From: Centroscyllium fabricii
Taxonomy: Eukaryota
Length of the DNA stretch: 64,000 nucleotides
NCBI GenBank assembly: GCA_051313645.2
Contig: JBNRSN020000005.1
Coordinates: forward strand, 304,854,001-304,918,000
Direction: 5' to 3'
Below, in pieces: positions 36,341 through 48,448 of the stretch. Position numbers and translations under genes: made by a program. Under the pieces are notes generated by a model. It made no database searches. It was given only the letters and a program-made list of their open reading frames with translations, and was not told where the DNA came from. Each line of letters opens with the position of its first letter. The stretch's first letter is position 1.

Positions 36341-36943
36341 CAGGTTGAAGTTCGTTAATCTGGCACCCGAAAAACTGGCAGCTTCAGTCGTTCGGCACAG
36401 ATTTTCCCGACTGCCCGGTGCATGCGCAGACAATTCAAAATTGCTGCCGTCGGGGCTAGGCTTCCCTTTCACCTCACATATACTCACTAGATCCCGGCTT
36501 AGTGACCACCCCGATGCCGATGGTGAATCCCAGGCCCAGAAGATGAGCTGTTGTGCCAGCCGCCTTTCGCAAGACGCGATACAGGCATTTCTCGGTGCCC
36601 ATCGCTGCCGGAGGCTCCTGCCTGGCTGCGTGCTGACGTCACCGCGTTCCGAAGCTGGCGTGCGGTGGCGTCACGTGAGCCGGGCTTGAGCCGCACATTG
36701 GGCCTCTGGCCCGCTGGAGCCGTGCAGCCCGCTCCCTGACCCGCAGTAGAATCGAGTGCGAGTTCCACCCGACCCGTGGGCTGAAAATCAACTTCCAGGT
36801 ACCGGCGAGCGCATGCGCAGAGCACTGAAAATTTTCCGGTGGCTATTTTGAATGCTCTACGTATGCGCTTCAATAATTCGGCGTTTTCAACAATCCGGCA
36901 GGGTGCTGGTCCTGACCCTGCCAGATTAACGAACTTCAACCTG
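36341..36943. mobile_element. MITE (CAGGTTGAAG variant) with a unique CpG-rich core
   Basis: Perfect 25-bp TIR CAGGTTGAAGTTCGTTAATCTGGCA; right TA intact. Confidence 0.9.
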
Positions 36944-37737
36944 TACATTGTAACACTATGATTCTACCGACCTTGTCAGTAAATATTCATGCGTACAGGC
37001 TGGTGACTGGAGTCCCAGGATGGAAAGACCGAGGTTAGCTGGAATGGACCACAGTTGGTTATGCTTTTGTGTGTATTGCAAGTTGAGTGTGAATGAACCT
37101 TCGTATTCCGCCCTTTCTGTTAGTTTATCATAAAGCAGCCAGTTTTTAATTCAAATTTTAAAATGAATGTTTTGAACATCATTGCCTTCTAAGTATTCTT
37201 CTTAAAAATAATTATTGGCTCACCCAGATATATTAGATACAAGTTGAAATGTGCAACACCGTGTCAGATAAGTGATAATAGGTGATAAATCCTGTGGAAC
37301 CTTCGAGTCTGAACACATAAAACGCGCTACCGGCGCAAAACTCTGTGCTCGGAGCGCAAATTCATCAAACTTAACCTGAATATTTTAAATTGCAACTTGT
37401 TTGTGGATTTCTTCTATTTCAAACTCATTATAGATGCAGAATACATGTATGTGCTTTAAAAGGTGTTGGGCGATGCACTGGATCTGTCGTTACAGCCTAA
37501 AGAGCAAATCGTTCCTCATAGGTTAGTAGCAGAAGACTTTTGTGTTTTTATTGACCTGTTTCAGACGGTTCACGCAGTACACTCTGTAATGAATCCAAGC
37601 CAGGTCCCGTGGAGGTCCCACGCAGGCCGCTCGCTGGTTTCTGTATAGAGGAAACCGTGCGTGCGTGAAAATTTAAAGGGATGGCACCTAAAATAAGAAT
37701 TGGAACGAACACTGAATCCAAGGTACTTTTAAGCGCT

Positions 37738-38135
37738 ATAGAAACATAGAAGATAGGAGCAGGAGTCGGCCATTCGGCCCCTCGAGCCTGCTCCGCCATT
37801 CAATGAGATCATGGCTGATCATCCAAACCCAGCACCCCGTCCCTGCCTTGTCCCCATATCCCTCGATCCCTATCGAGCCTGCACCGACACGTATCCCACC
37901 CTATCCCCGTAACCCCCACATATTTAATCCCCCTAACACTAAGGTCAATTTATCATGGCCAATCAACCTAACCCGCACATCTTTGGACTGTGGGAGGAAA
38001 CCGGAGCACCCGGAGGAAACCCACGCAGACACTGGGAGAATGTGCAAACTCCACACAGATAGTACCCGAGGCTGGATTTGAACCCGGGTCTCTCGTGCTG
38101 TGAGGCAACAGTGCTAACCACTTTGCCACCGTGCC
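37738..38135 (-). mobile_element. HE1 V-SINE, full length
   Basis: Same structure as 2932-3327. Confidence 0.92.
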
Positions 38136-39043
38136 ACCTATGTTTTCTGTGAAAAGGTCATGTCAGTTTTTGTCTTTGTTCCACCAACCACCCCTCCCCA
38201 GCCACCTCCCCCCCCCCCCCCCCCCAACCCTTCCATTTGTTCCGTGTAGGTGCCTGCGGGGGTAAGATCGTTTGGGCTGCCCATCTCTAAGTGGCAGGAA
38301 GTGGGGTTGCCAGAACTGCAAGTGTAGTTAAATTGTGATGCTTGAATCCTGTATCTGTGTCCTGTCGTGCTCTTCCTTGTTGACAAGAAAGCGATTATAA
38401 TCCAGTGCTAGTGCAGCAGCTGAAAGGATTATGGCAGTCATTTTGTGTCTAACCATAAGCACTGTCCGAGGCTGGTGCTTCTTCAGGTGACTGAGCCCAC
38501 AATTTTAAAGCCTCTTGAGTTGAGGTAGGACTACCTGTAATCCAGCAAAGTTTTTAGGCTCTGCAGGGAAAAGAGTCCAATGAAAGGCATAATCTGGGTT
38601 GGTGGAAGGAGGTTGCCTTGCCAGTGAGTGTCACCTCATCCCATGAAGGAATGCCGTCTGAAACTTGGGTTGCATTCCATACTCCCTCCACTTTCTTGAG
38701 GGGGAAGTGACTCATGAATGAAAATGAAGAAGTAACACTTTAACCCAACCACCCCTCCCAAATAAACAGGCACATTCTTCAGAACCCCTTGCACCTTGGG
38801 GGAAGCAGGTAGCTAAGATAGTAAGGGCACCCAGAAGGAGACACCAGGTGGCCTTAAACAGAAGGAAGGTTATCGGTGAGATGTTGTCACTGATGGGATG
38901 TGTGCCGATTGAGCACGCTCGGGCGTGCCTGTGTAAAGGAGCAGCGCGTGGATCTCCAAATGGGAGACTTGGTAATTGTGAAGAGGAGCCCTATGTCAAC
39001 CGGCGACTAAGCTGAACTTGTTACCGAAAAGGAATACATTATT

Positions 39044-39488
39044 AATTCAATTCAATTCAATTCAAGTTTTATTGTCATTGCAGAGTACTAGTACAATACA
39101 ACGAGACGAAGACTCGACTCTCCCGAGAGTAGTGCAAATAAATTACATGCAAATTGCATACAGTAAAGTACATTATCAGGCGTGCAGGTACCGGAGTTTA
39201 TTTTTAGAGTTCAGGAGGCTGACAGCCCTGGGGAAGAAGCTGTTCTGAAATCTAGTCGTGCGGGTGCGAATTGCTCTGTAGCGTCTCCCGGAGGGCAGGG
39301 GGGCGAACAGACTGTGGCTGGGGTGTGTGGGGTCTTTAATAATGTTCAGAGACCTCCGTAAGCAGCGTTTGAGGTAGATGCTTTCCATTGACGGTAGCTG
39401 GGTACCGGTGATTCGTTGGGAAGTTTTGACTACCCGCTGCAGGGTTTTCCGGTCCGAGATAGTGCAATTTCCATACCAGACTGTGATG
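39044..39488 (-). mobile_element. Rex1/Babar LINE 3' end
   Basis: ITVWYGNCTISDRKTLQRVVK...RFQNSFFPRAVSLLN; (TTGAA)n tail. Confidence 0.9.
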
Positions 39489-39720
39489 AAAATCCGAAAT
39501 AACAACAGAAAATGCTGGAAAAACTCAGCAGGCCAGGCAACATCCATGGAGAGAAATAGAGAGTCGACGTTTCGGGTTAGGACCCTTTGTCCAGACTAAA
39601 GCCGGGAAATGAAACCGGTAGAAAGGCCGGGGGAGCTGGGAGGGAACAAAAAACAAAGGAGAAGAGAGAACAAAGAGAAAAGACGTTAAGACCGAAAAGG
39701 AATGATGGTGGCAGGCTTCA
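39489..39720 (-). mobile_element. Penelope family B-like terminal fragment
   Basis: AATAACAACAGAAAATGCTGGAAAAACTCAGCAGGCCAGGCA; HHR remnant on the minus strand (AGGGU..ACCC-GAAA-CG-UC-GAC). Confidence 0.7.
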
Positions 39721-41755
39721 TGTCGTCGTGGCATCAGATCTTGGTTAGCTGAGGTCCACCATGATGTGTCCTGCAGCTAATTGGCAGCTGGAACAACTCA
39801 TTTACAGATTTGTGTGGGAGCATGGGTATCAGCAGGAAAGGGTTAGCAGCAATCTGATCTGCCTGGGATCCCTGCAGTGGGCCTCCTGATCTCCCCCTGC
39901 CGCCCCCCTCCCACCCCGCCTTCTCTTCAATGCAGACTAATGGGGGAAGCCCAAGGGAAAGCCCACTGATTCTGAGGCCCAGTCCTGGTTAACATTTTGA
40001 AATATGGCGAAAATATTAGCGTGGGAAGTCTGCTGTTAACGTTTCTGCAGTGCTGCGCTGACACTGGACCTCAAATGTCTGATTTTGGTTCATTGGTGTG
40101 TATGCCCAAAAATGTGTGGTCAAATGGAGGAAAATGTATTCAACAGTCTCCTAGCTCAGGGTTTAGTACTTTTAAATAACAGGTTATTGATAATAGTGTA
40201 TTTTATTTAATTCTGTTTAAGGAGTAAATGTAACTTAAGCTGGTGTGCAGTTTTATTTTTGGCTGGCTCTTTTTATTTTTTATTTTTAAAGTTAATTACT
40301 TGGCATCCTCTCGCCCAATGCTGTAGTTGTGTGAAAACTCCTACGATGCACAAACACAATTCCGAATCTGATCTTTCTCTCTTGAGAAGACTTGAAATTT
40401 TTGTAAATAAGCTTCACCATGTTTGCATTTGGTTACAATTTTGTGTTTTTTTTCCGCGGGGATGATTTTTATGTATCGCGGCGTCACAGTGCGCGCAAAT
40501 ACTTCTTCCGCTAGTCAGCATTTCTAGCGAAATTGAAAATGCCACCCCTTTGGAATGCGCTTATGATATTGCTCCAGATAGCATTGACAAGAAATCATCC
40601 CACAGTTCTACTTAAGACCAACACAAAAAAAAAATGCCGCTTTAGAATTCTGTTTACCCAGCATAAATTACTTGAGGAGCAGGATTAAAGATGTGATTGG
40701 TAACACTCAAGTCCTGAAGGAGCATTGTTACATCTCGCTTCTTAAGCATTTCTGGTACAGTGACAGAAAATTATTAATAATGCATTGTACTGTGAGTTGC
40801 TTTGTACTGATCCTTTCACATGATATTCAAGCTGATTTCCAACATTATCTTATCTCCTCTGCCACTAATGTGGAGGAGGATACCCAAGGATCTCTATAAT
40901 TTCTCTGAAGCAATGTTATAGCTGTAATTTTAGTATATGTCTGGGATATATATTAGATGTGTGTGGTTATATAAAATGTATGTATGTGAATTAATGGAAG
41001 GAAGGACTTGCATTTATTTGGCGCCTTTCACAACATCAGGAAGCACAATTAATGCTTTAGAAATGGAAGCTCCCAGTCAAACATTGTTTTTACAAACTGG
41101 TGGGGTTTAACAGGGAGTGGAGTTTTTTTGTTACATTGTGAAATCCACAATGTTGGTTTGTTATAACAAGGTTTAGGTGTTCAAAATCTGATGCTCAATG
41201 TTTTGAAGTCTGGTTTAAGTCCCATTTTTACTCTTAGCCTTTTAGAATTCAGCATTGGCCTTAAGGGGTATCCTGTATTCCAGTAACTGGCGCAGTTGTT
41301 CTGTTTGTGTAGTCCTCTTGTTTTTAAATCTCTTCTGACTTTCATGTTCAGGCATTTTTATGTTTTACATTTTTTATGTTTTACATTTTTATGTTTTACA
41401 GTGGGGAAACCCCCAAATCCATGATCTGCCGCTTTAATATAAGTGTTATCTTCCAGTATTTTTCTTTCTTTGTAGCAGTGATTTATAAACCATTTACACA
41501 AAACTTAATTCAGGCAAGACCCTATAGATAACGTCTGGTGCTCCTGGCTTCTCTAACGTAGTCATGTTCCAGGCTACAGAGTACTGTGAAAACAAAGTCC
41601 GTTCAACTAGTGTAGTGACTTTTCATTATCAAGTAAGAGTATCTTTGGATGGAGTAAGTCTCTTTCATGTTGGTTTGTATTTGGTGTCACCTTGCTATCA
41701 TGCGTATGCACCAGTTCTTTTCGTAAGTACCAATACACTTTGAGTGGGGTAAGTA

Positions 41756-42290
41756 CAGGTTGAGCACCAGTAATACGGCACCCAGTGGTCTGGCACGATT
41801 GGAAACCGGTGGTTTTCATTTTGCGGAGCAGCTGCTCGGCGGCGCCACCATTTCCCCTGAAGGTTGGGCGAGCGCCGAAGGCATCGGGCGTTTGGGTTGC
41901 TGTTTTTTAAGGTTCTGTAAGTGTTCTATCCCCGGGTTCCCTCGTGGGGAGTGTTCTACCCGCGCGCTCCGGGCCCCGGGGAGTGTTCTACTGCGCGCTC
42001 CGGGCTCCCTCCCCGGGAGTGTTCTACCGCGCGCTCCGGGCCCCACGCAGTGTTCTACCGCATGCTCCAGGCCCCGGGGAGTGTACTACCGCGCGCTCCG
42101 GGCCCCTGGGAGTGTTCTACCGCGCGCCCCAGGCCCCGGGGAGTGTTCTACTGTGCGCTCCGGGCTCCCTCCCGCGGAGTGTTCTACTGCGCGCTCCGGG
42201 CCCCAGGGAGTGTTCTACCGCGCGCTCCCCCCCGAACCTTCAGTGGTCCGGCCTGGTCCCGAGGGTGCCGGATTAACGGTGCTCAACCTG
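41756..42290. mobile_element. MITE (CAGGTTGAG family) with an expanded ~31-37-bp minisatellite
   Basis: TA-flanked TIRs; about 10 GAGTGTTCTACCGCGCGCTCCGGGCCCC-type units. Confidence 0.92.
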
Positions 42291-42425
42291 TATTAGCTAA
42301 AATTTTATATTTTTATAACTTTCATCAAGTAGGACAAGAGAATAGTCGTTGAAATACCTGTTACATATTTTAATTCTAGCATCAGAGTTTTAAAATTCTG
42401 TGCTTTCCCTGTCTCCATTAAGATA

Positions 42426-42585
42426 TGATGTGGAGGTGCCGGTGTTGGACTGGGGTGGACAATTGCAAGAAGTCACACAACACCAGATTATAGTCCAACA
42501 GTTTTATTTTAAATCACAAGCTTGTGATTTAAAATAAAACTGTTGGACTATAATCTGGTGTTGTGTGACTTCTTGCAATTGTCCA
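42426..42585. mobile_element. Penelope family A perfect-palindrome mini-insertion
   Basis: 130-bp spacer-less palindrome at 42456-42585 centred on AAGCTT; TCCATTAAGATA at 42414-42425 and 42582-42593. Confidence 0.9.
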
Positions 42586-43050
42586 TTAAGATAGTCTGCC
42601 CCGCAAAGAATTTTTACCACTGCTGAATATATAACATAATTTCATGAAATAGTTTCATATTTCATGAATGTTATAATTGAGAAAAAATAGTGTAATGGGT
42701 AAATGGGGTGAATTTTATAGTGAAACCAGCACTTCCTCGCATTCCTCACATCAATTTTGATTCCAATTAAAATGTTACATCCAACGTTAACATTTTCAGT
42801 TACTCAAAGTGGCTTTAAAAACACATGGCCAGGAGCAACGACATATAGAATATATTTCCCACCTATGGCACTGACCATAACTCCTTTGTGATATATTTGC
42901 CTACTCATAGGCTATAAATTGTATCCCACAGCCGCTCCATCATTCACACCCAGACATAAATTAGTTTGTCCAGTCCCATCCTCGCTCCTAGTGTGCTACC
43001 ACCATAGTAAAAAAAAATACAAATTGACCTCACTCACAAGGATCAGAGAG

Positions 43051-43389
43051 GAAGATATTACAGTGGTAAAGTCAGAAGTACTCCTCAGAGCTTGAGACCA
43101 GGCTCATGATTGGACCAGCACAAAAGGGGCTTTGTGCCCAAACTAAGTTAGTTCAATTGAGTGTAATAACCTTTCATTATGAAATACGAGATGTGTGTTA
43201 AATATGAGTATAAGCTGGAAAACAGCAGGATTTTTCCAAATTTTCCACTCCGTATTTTATATAAATCACCCCCACATCAAGCACTGCATAGATTACACAC
43301 AAAGCAACGCTCCTGTTGTACTGGCCCAATCACGAGCCTGCTCTCGACATCTGAAGAGTACTTCCGACTTTTATTGGAATAATATCTTC
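43051..43389. repeat. Old imperfect inverted repeat (probable decayed MITE)
   Basis: GAAGATATTA..AAAGTCAGAAGTACTCCTCAGA..CAGGCTCATGATTGG (43051-43128) versus the reverse complement of 43308-43389. Confidence 0.7.
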
Positions 43390-43448
43390 ATTTCCCATCC
43401 ATGTGACATCTTCAAGTGAAGTCTTCAATTCGTGTTGAATTATAAGTA

Positions 43449-43791
43449 CAGGAAACTCTTTATTATCCGGGACCGGCGTGTTGCCGGTTTATCAAAATTT
43501 CTGGATGACAAGAGAGGGTTATCTACCGAGGCTCTTTTTAAACAAAGAAAAATTAAAAAAATCAAGAAATGTGCAGTATACAGTAATTGGGTACTCACCT
43601 ACAGAATTTTGTGTTAAATGGATGTGGCTTGTGGCAGTTTGGAGAACTACCCCCACTGATTAACTCAGCCACCACACGAGACTTGGACTCTGCAACATTG
43701 CCAGTTATTGAGGTGTTGTTTTCGGATGAGAACTTTGCCGGTTAATAGAGAACCCCGGATATTTAGGTGCCGGTTAAACAAGAGTTTCCTG
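43449..43791. mobile_element. MITE (CAGGAAACTC family), shorter relative of 8622-9154
   Basis: TA-flanked TIRs; lacks the segment corresponding to about 8805-8995. Confidence 0.9.
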
Positions 43792-44524
43792 TAGTGTTTT
43801 TTTTAACCATGGACTTGGCATACTTGGAGCCAAGCTGAGACTGGACAAACTATTTTACTTGGAATGCTTACAGCTTGCAGAGAGAGTTCACCCCATCAGT
43901 CTGGACCAGTTTCACACCCAGGGCCCAGAGGGGACTAAGCTGTGTTCTGACACCGTGTAAGATCGAACCGCCGGCTCAATTCCAACTTTGTTCCCTATTT
44001 GTTGATGCCCTTACCAAATAAAAATCTCAATCTCAGTCTTGAGAATTTCATTTGACCCAGTATCCATATTCTTTTGGGCGAGGGAGTTCCAGAATTCCTC
44101 TTCCCTTTGTGCGAAAAGATGCCTCCTGGTTACAGTCCTAAACGGCATAGCTCTAATTTCAAGATTGTGCCCTCTTCTGGATTCTCCACCAGAGGAAATA
44201 GTTTTTTTCTGCATTGAATCCCCTTTAGCATTTTGAAGACCTCGATTAGATCACCCCTCAACCTTCTGAACTCCAGAGAATAGTAGCCAAGTTTATGCAA
44301 CCTGTTCTCCTAACTGAACCCTTTAAGCCTTGGTATAATCCTGGTGAATATTTGCTGTACCCCTTCCAAGGCCAGTACAGGTTGAGCACCGGTAATCCAG
44401 CACCCTCGCGACCAGGCCAGTGCCGGACCATTGAAAATTCCAAACCACTGAAGGTTCGGGGGGAGCGCGCGGGTAGAATACTCCCCGGGGCCCAGAGCGA
44501 GCGGATAGAACACTCCCCGGGAGG

Positions 44525-46177
44525 ACATAAGAAGTAGGAGCAGGAGTCGGCCATACGGCCCCTCGGGCCAGCTCCCCCATACAATAGGATCATGGCTGAT
44601 CCGAACTTAGACTTGCGTCCACTTCCCTGCCCGCTCCCCGTAACCCGTTATTCCCCTATCAGTTAGGAAACTGTCTATCTCAGTTGTAAATTTATCTAAT
44701 GTTGCAGCTTCCACAGCTCTCTGAGGTAGTAAATTCCATAGATTTACTACCCTCTGAGTGAAGATGTTTTTCCTCATCTCAGTTTTGAAAGGGCAGCCCC
44801 TTATTCTAAGATTATGCCCCCTAGTTCTAGTCTCACCCATCAGCGAAAACATCCTCACCGTATCAACCCGATCAAGCCCCCTCACAATCTTATATGTCTA
44901 GATAAGATCGCCTCTCATTCTTCTGAATTCCAGTGAGTAGAGGCCCAACCTACTCAACCTTTCCTCATAAGTCAACCCCCTCATCGCCGGAATCAACCGA
45001 GTGAATCTTCTCTAAACTGCCTCGAGAGCAAGTATATCTTTTCTTAAATATGGAAACCAAAACTGTATGCAGTATTCCAGGTGTGGCCTCACCAGCACCC
45101 TGTATAACTGCAGCAAGACTTCCCTGCTTTTATACTCCATCCCCCTTGCAATAAAAGCCAAGATTCCATTGGCCTTCCTGATCACCTGCTGTACCTGCAT
45201 ACTGCACCCGGACCCCCAGATCCCTTTGTACTGTAGCACTTTGCAGTTTCTCTCCATTTAGATAATACAGGTTGAGCACCGGAAATCCGTGACCCGAAAC
45301 GCCGGCAGCTTCAGTCTTCCAGAACAACTTGCCCCCACTGCGCATGCGCAAAATGGCAGCCGCGATCGTGGCTTCGGCAGAATGATCTGCGCATGCGCCG
45401 CCGAACGGCGAGCGCATGCGCAGATCATTCAAAAAGGCTGCCGATGTTTTGAATGATCTGTGCATGCGCCGCCGGACGGCAAGCACATGCGCAGATCATT
45501 CAAAACGGCCGCCTGACGAGCTGGGCCTTCCGTGGCGTCGGGGCGCGGCGGCTCGCGCCGCGTTTTGAATGTGCGAGTCCCAAGTGCCTGCCATGGTGAA
45601 GCGCGCGGTTCCCCGGAGCAGCCCGCTGGCCGTCATCAGGAGGAACAAACCGCAGCGGAGACTCCGCAAGGACGTCCGGCGGCCATTTCCAATGTTGTGC
45701 GCATCCGTGCGGCCATTTTGAATGGCGCTCGCATGCGCACTGACCGACTTCATTCTGCCGTTTTTTTCACTTTCCCGGCACGGTCCTAGTCCCACCCGTG
45801 CCGGATTTCCGGTGCTCAACCTGCTAACTGGCTCTTCGATTTTTTTTTTGCCAAGTGCATAACCTCACACTTTCCAACATTATATTCCATCTGCCAAATT
45901 TTTGCCCACTCACTTAGCCTGTCTGTCATTTTGCAGGTTTTTTATGTCCTCCTCACTCACTGCTTTCCCTCATATCTTTGTATCGTCGGCAAACTTGGAT
46001 ACGTTGCACTCGGTCCCTTCCTTCAAATCGTTAATGTAGATTGTAAAGAGTCGGGGTCCCAACACCGACCCCTGCGGAACACCACTCGTTACTGATTGCC
46101 AACCAGAGAATGGACCATTTACCCCAACTCCCTGTTTTCGGTTAGATAGCCAAACCTCCACCCATGCCAGTACATTG
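44525..46177 (-). mobile_element. CR1 LINE, 5'-truncated, split by a MITE
   Basis: [41 protein letters not shown] and LYRVLVRPHLEYCIQFW; ACATAAGAAG tail. Confidence 0.92.
45268..45823. mobile_element. MITE (CAGGTTGAG family), innermost element of the nest
   Basis: TIR CAGGTTGAGCACCGGAAATCCG / CGGATTTCCGGTGCTCAACCTG. Confidence 0.9.
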
Positions 46178-46688
46178 GTTAGAGAACCTAAAATAGCAAG
46201 CAACCCAAATGCCTGACGCCTTCAGCGCTCGCCCACCCTTCGCAGGAAACGGTGGCGCTGCCGACCGGCTGCTCCGCAAACTGAAGACCGCCGGTTTCCA
46301 TTCGTGCCGGGCCATTGAAGGTACCAGTCCATCGGGTGCCGGATTACCGGTGCTCAACCTTTCTATCCTTCCTGAGGTACGGCGCCCAAAGCCAAGCACC
46401 GTACTCCAGAGGGTCTGACCAAGGCTCTGCGCAAAGAAAGCATCGCTTCCTCCCGATCCCCTTGAGGCAAGACAAACATTCCAATCGCCTTTTGGATAAC
46501 CTTTGCAGAGAACAGTTTCTGATGAGGTCCATTATTGCTTCTGTGGACTTGCTACTTTCAGACAAAGGTTGTCGGGCCTCAGAAACTAAACTTTGCAGTT
46601 GATCCATGGGAGGCTGAATGATTGTTTTGGGATGGATCTGCTTGGGGCAACAAGGATTCTCTGCCTGTGAAGGTAGCTGAACTCTGGT

Positions 46689-47827
46689 GTGCTACGTCAT
46701 GGGATTGGGGGCAATGTATTGACGTGGATTGAGAACTGGTTGGCACACAGGAAACAAAGAGTAGGAGTAAATGGGCAGTTTTCAGAATGGCAGGCAGTGA
46801 CCAGCGGGGTACCGCAAGGTTCGGTGCTGGGGCCCCAGCTGTTTACATTATATATTAATGATTTGGACGAAGGGATTAAATGTTGGATCTCCAAATTTGC
46901 GGATGACACTAAATTGGGAGGCAGTGTGAGCTGCGAGGAGGATGCTAAGAGGCTACAGAGTGACTTGGACAGGTTAGGTGAATGGGCAAATGTATGGCAG
47001 ATGACGTACAATGTGGATAAATGTGAGGTTATCCACTTTGGCGGTAAAAATAGAGAGACAGACTATTATCTGAATGGTGGCAGATTAGGGAAAGGGGAGG
47101 TGCAACGAGACCTGGGCGTCATGGTACATCAGTCACTGAAGGTGGAAATGCAGGTACAGCAGGCAATCAAGAAAGCAAATGGCATGTTGGCCTTCATAGC
47201 GAGGCGATTTGAGTACAGGAGTAGGGAGGTGTTGCTACAGTTGTACAGGGCCTTGGTGAGGCCACACTTGGAGCATTGTGTGCAGTTTTGGTCTCCTAAC
47301 TTGAGGAAGGACATTCTTGCTATTGAGGGAGTGCAGCGAAGGTTTACTAGATTGATTCCCGGGATGGCCGGACTGACATATCAAGAAAGACTGGATCAAT
47401 TGAACTTGTACTCCCTGGAGTTCAGAAGAATGAGGGGGGATCTCATAGAAACGTTTAAAATACTGACGGGTTTAGACAGGTTAGATGCGGGCAGAATGTT
47501 CCCAATGTTGGGGAAGTCCAGAACCAGGGGGCACAGACTAAGGATAAGTGGTAAGCCATTTAGGACCGAGAGGAGGAGAAACTTCTTCACCCAGAGAGTG
47601 GTGAACCTGTGGAATTCTCTACCACAGAAAGTTGTTGAGGCCAGTTCACTAAATATATTCAAAAGGGAGTTAGATGTAATACTTACAACTAGGGGGATCA
47701 AGGGATATGGCGAGAAAGCAGGAATGGGGTACTGATGTAGCATGTTCAGCCATGAACGTGTTGAATGGCGGTGCAGGCTCGAAGGACCGAGTGGTCTACT
47801 CCTGCACCTATTTTCTATGTATCTATG
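46689..47827 (+). mobile_element. CR1 LINE 3' part with an open 348-aa RT C-terminal frame
   Basis: [52 protein letters not shown] and FFTQRVVNLWNSLP; stop at 47735; TTCTATG tail. Confidence 0.95.
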
Positions 47828-48448
47828 TCAATTATGCGGACTCTTGCACGTACTGATGGGTGCAACCAGACACACAATTCTTCAAGCATTCAAGGCCATG
47901 CTGAATGCTAGATTGCAGCGGAGGCTAGAATTATAGTTTCAAATCCAATCTGACTGAACGAATGAAGGTTTTTCCTATTCTCTAAATCTAGATTATCCAT
48001 TCATCACAAATTGGCAGTTAACTCTGTGCAAACCAATTGATTCCGGATCAATTGGAATATAGAAAAAGTAAATATGATGTGCAATTCTTGAAACTGCAGC
48101 TGAATAATCTCCCAAGATGTTTGAACCCGTAGAGAAGATCTAGCAGTGATTATTAAGTCCCGGTAGCATTCTAACACTGAGCTGAGAAAATTGACCTTGC
48201 CATCAAGAAAAAAGCAATTTAGATTGTCATGAAAAAGTTCCAGATTTGATTTTTCTTCCCCTTCCCATGTTCACTGTCTTGCATGTATTACATAACCGTT
48301 TCCTTCTGAAACCGTAATTGGTGCAGTGCATTAAAAGTAGCAATTAAAGGACGCCCTGGCAATAGATTTTATACTCTTTTTCTGGCAAGTACTGAACAAT
48401 TATTCATTACTTTTAATTGGTTACAAATAATCTGAATTTTATGTAGTA

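Larger units (their letters stand above)
44378..46360. mobile_element. MITE (CAGGTTGAG family) split by a younger CR1
   Basis: The left part (44378-44523) and right part (about 46180-46360) together match 13537-13883. Confidence 0.85.
44005..46500 (-). mobile_element. Old CR1 fragment (outer layer of a four-level nest)
   Basis: GESRRGHNLEIRAMPFR..RRHLFAQR..FWNSL at 44011-44214; ...TTCCAAGGCCAGTA resumes as TCCTTCCTGAGGTACGGCGCCCA after 46362. Confidence 0.75.

Noticed and set aside
41915-42235. Regularly spaced ~31-37-bp repeats resembling a CRISPR array
   Set aside because: Head-to-tail units with no unique spacers, inside a eukaryotic MITE, and no cas genes.
41760-42352. Long overlapping Arg/Pro/Gly-rich ORFs (also 9778-10418, 19878-20472, 49892-50428, 51674-52197)
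   Set aside because: Stop-poor GC-rich MITE repeats open in several frames; no protein-family motifs.
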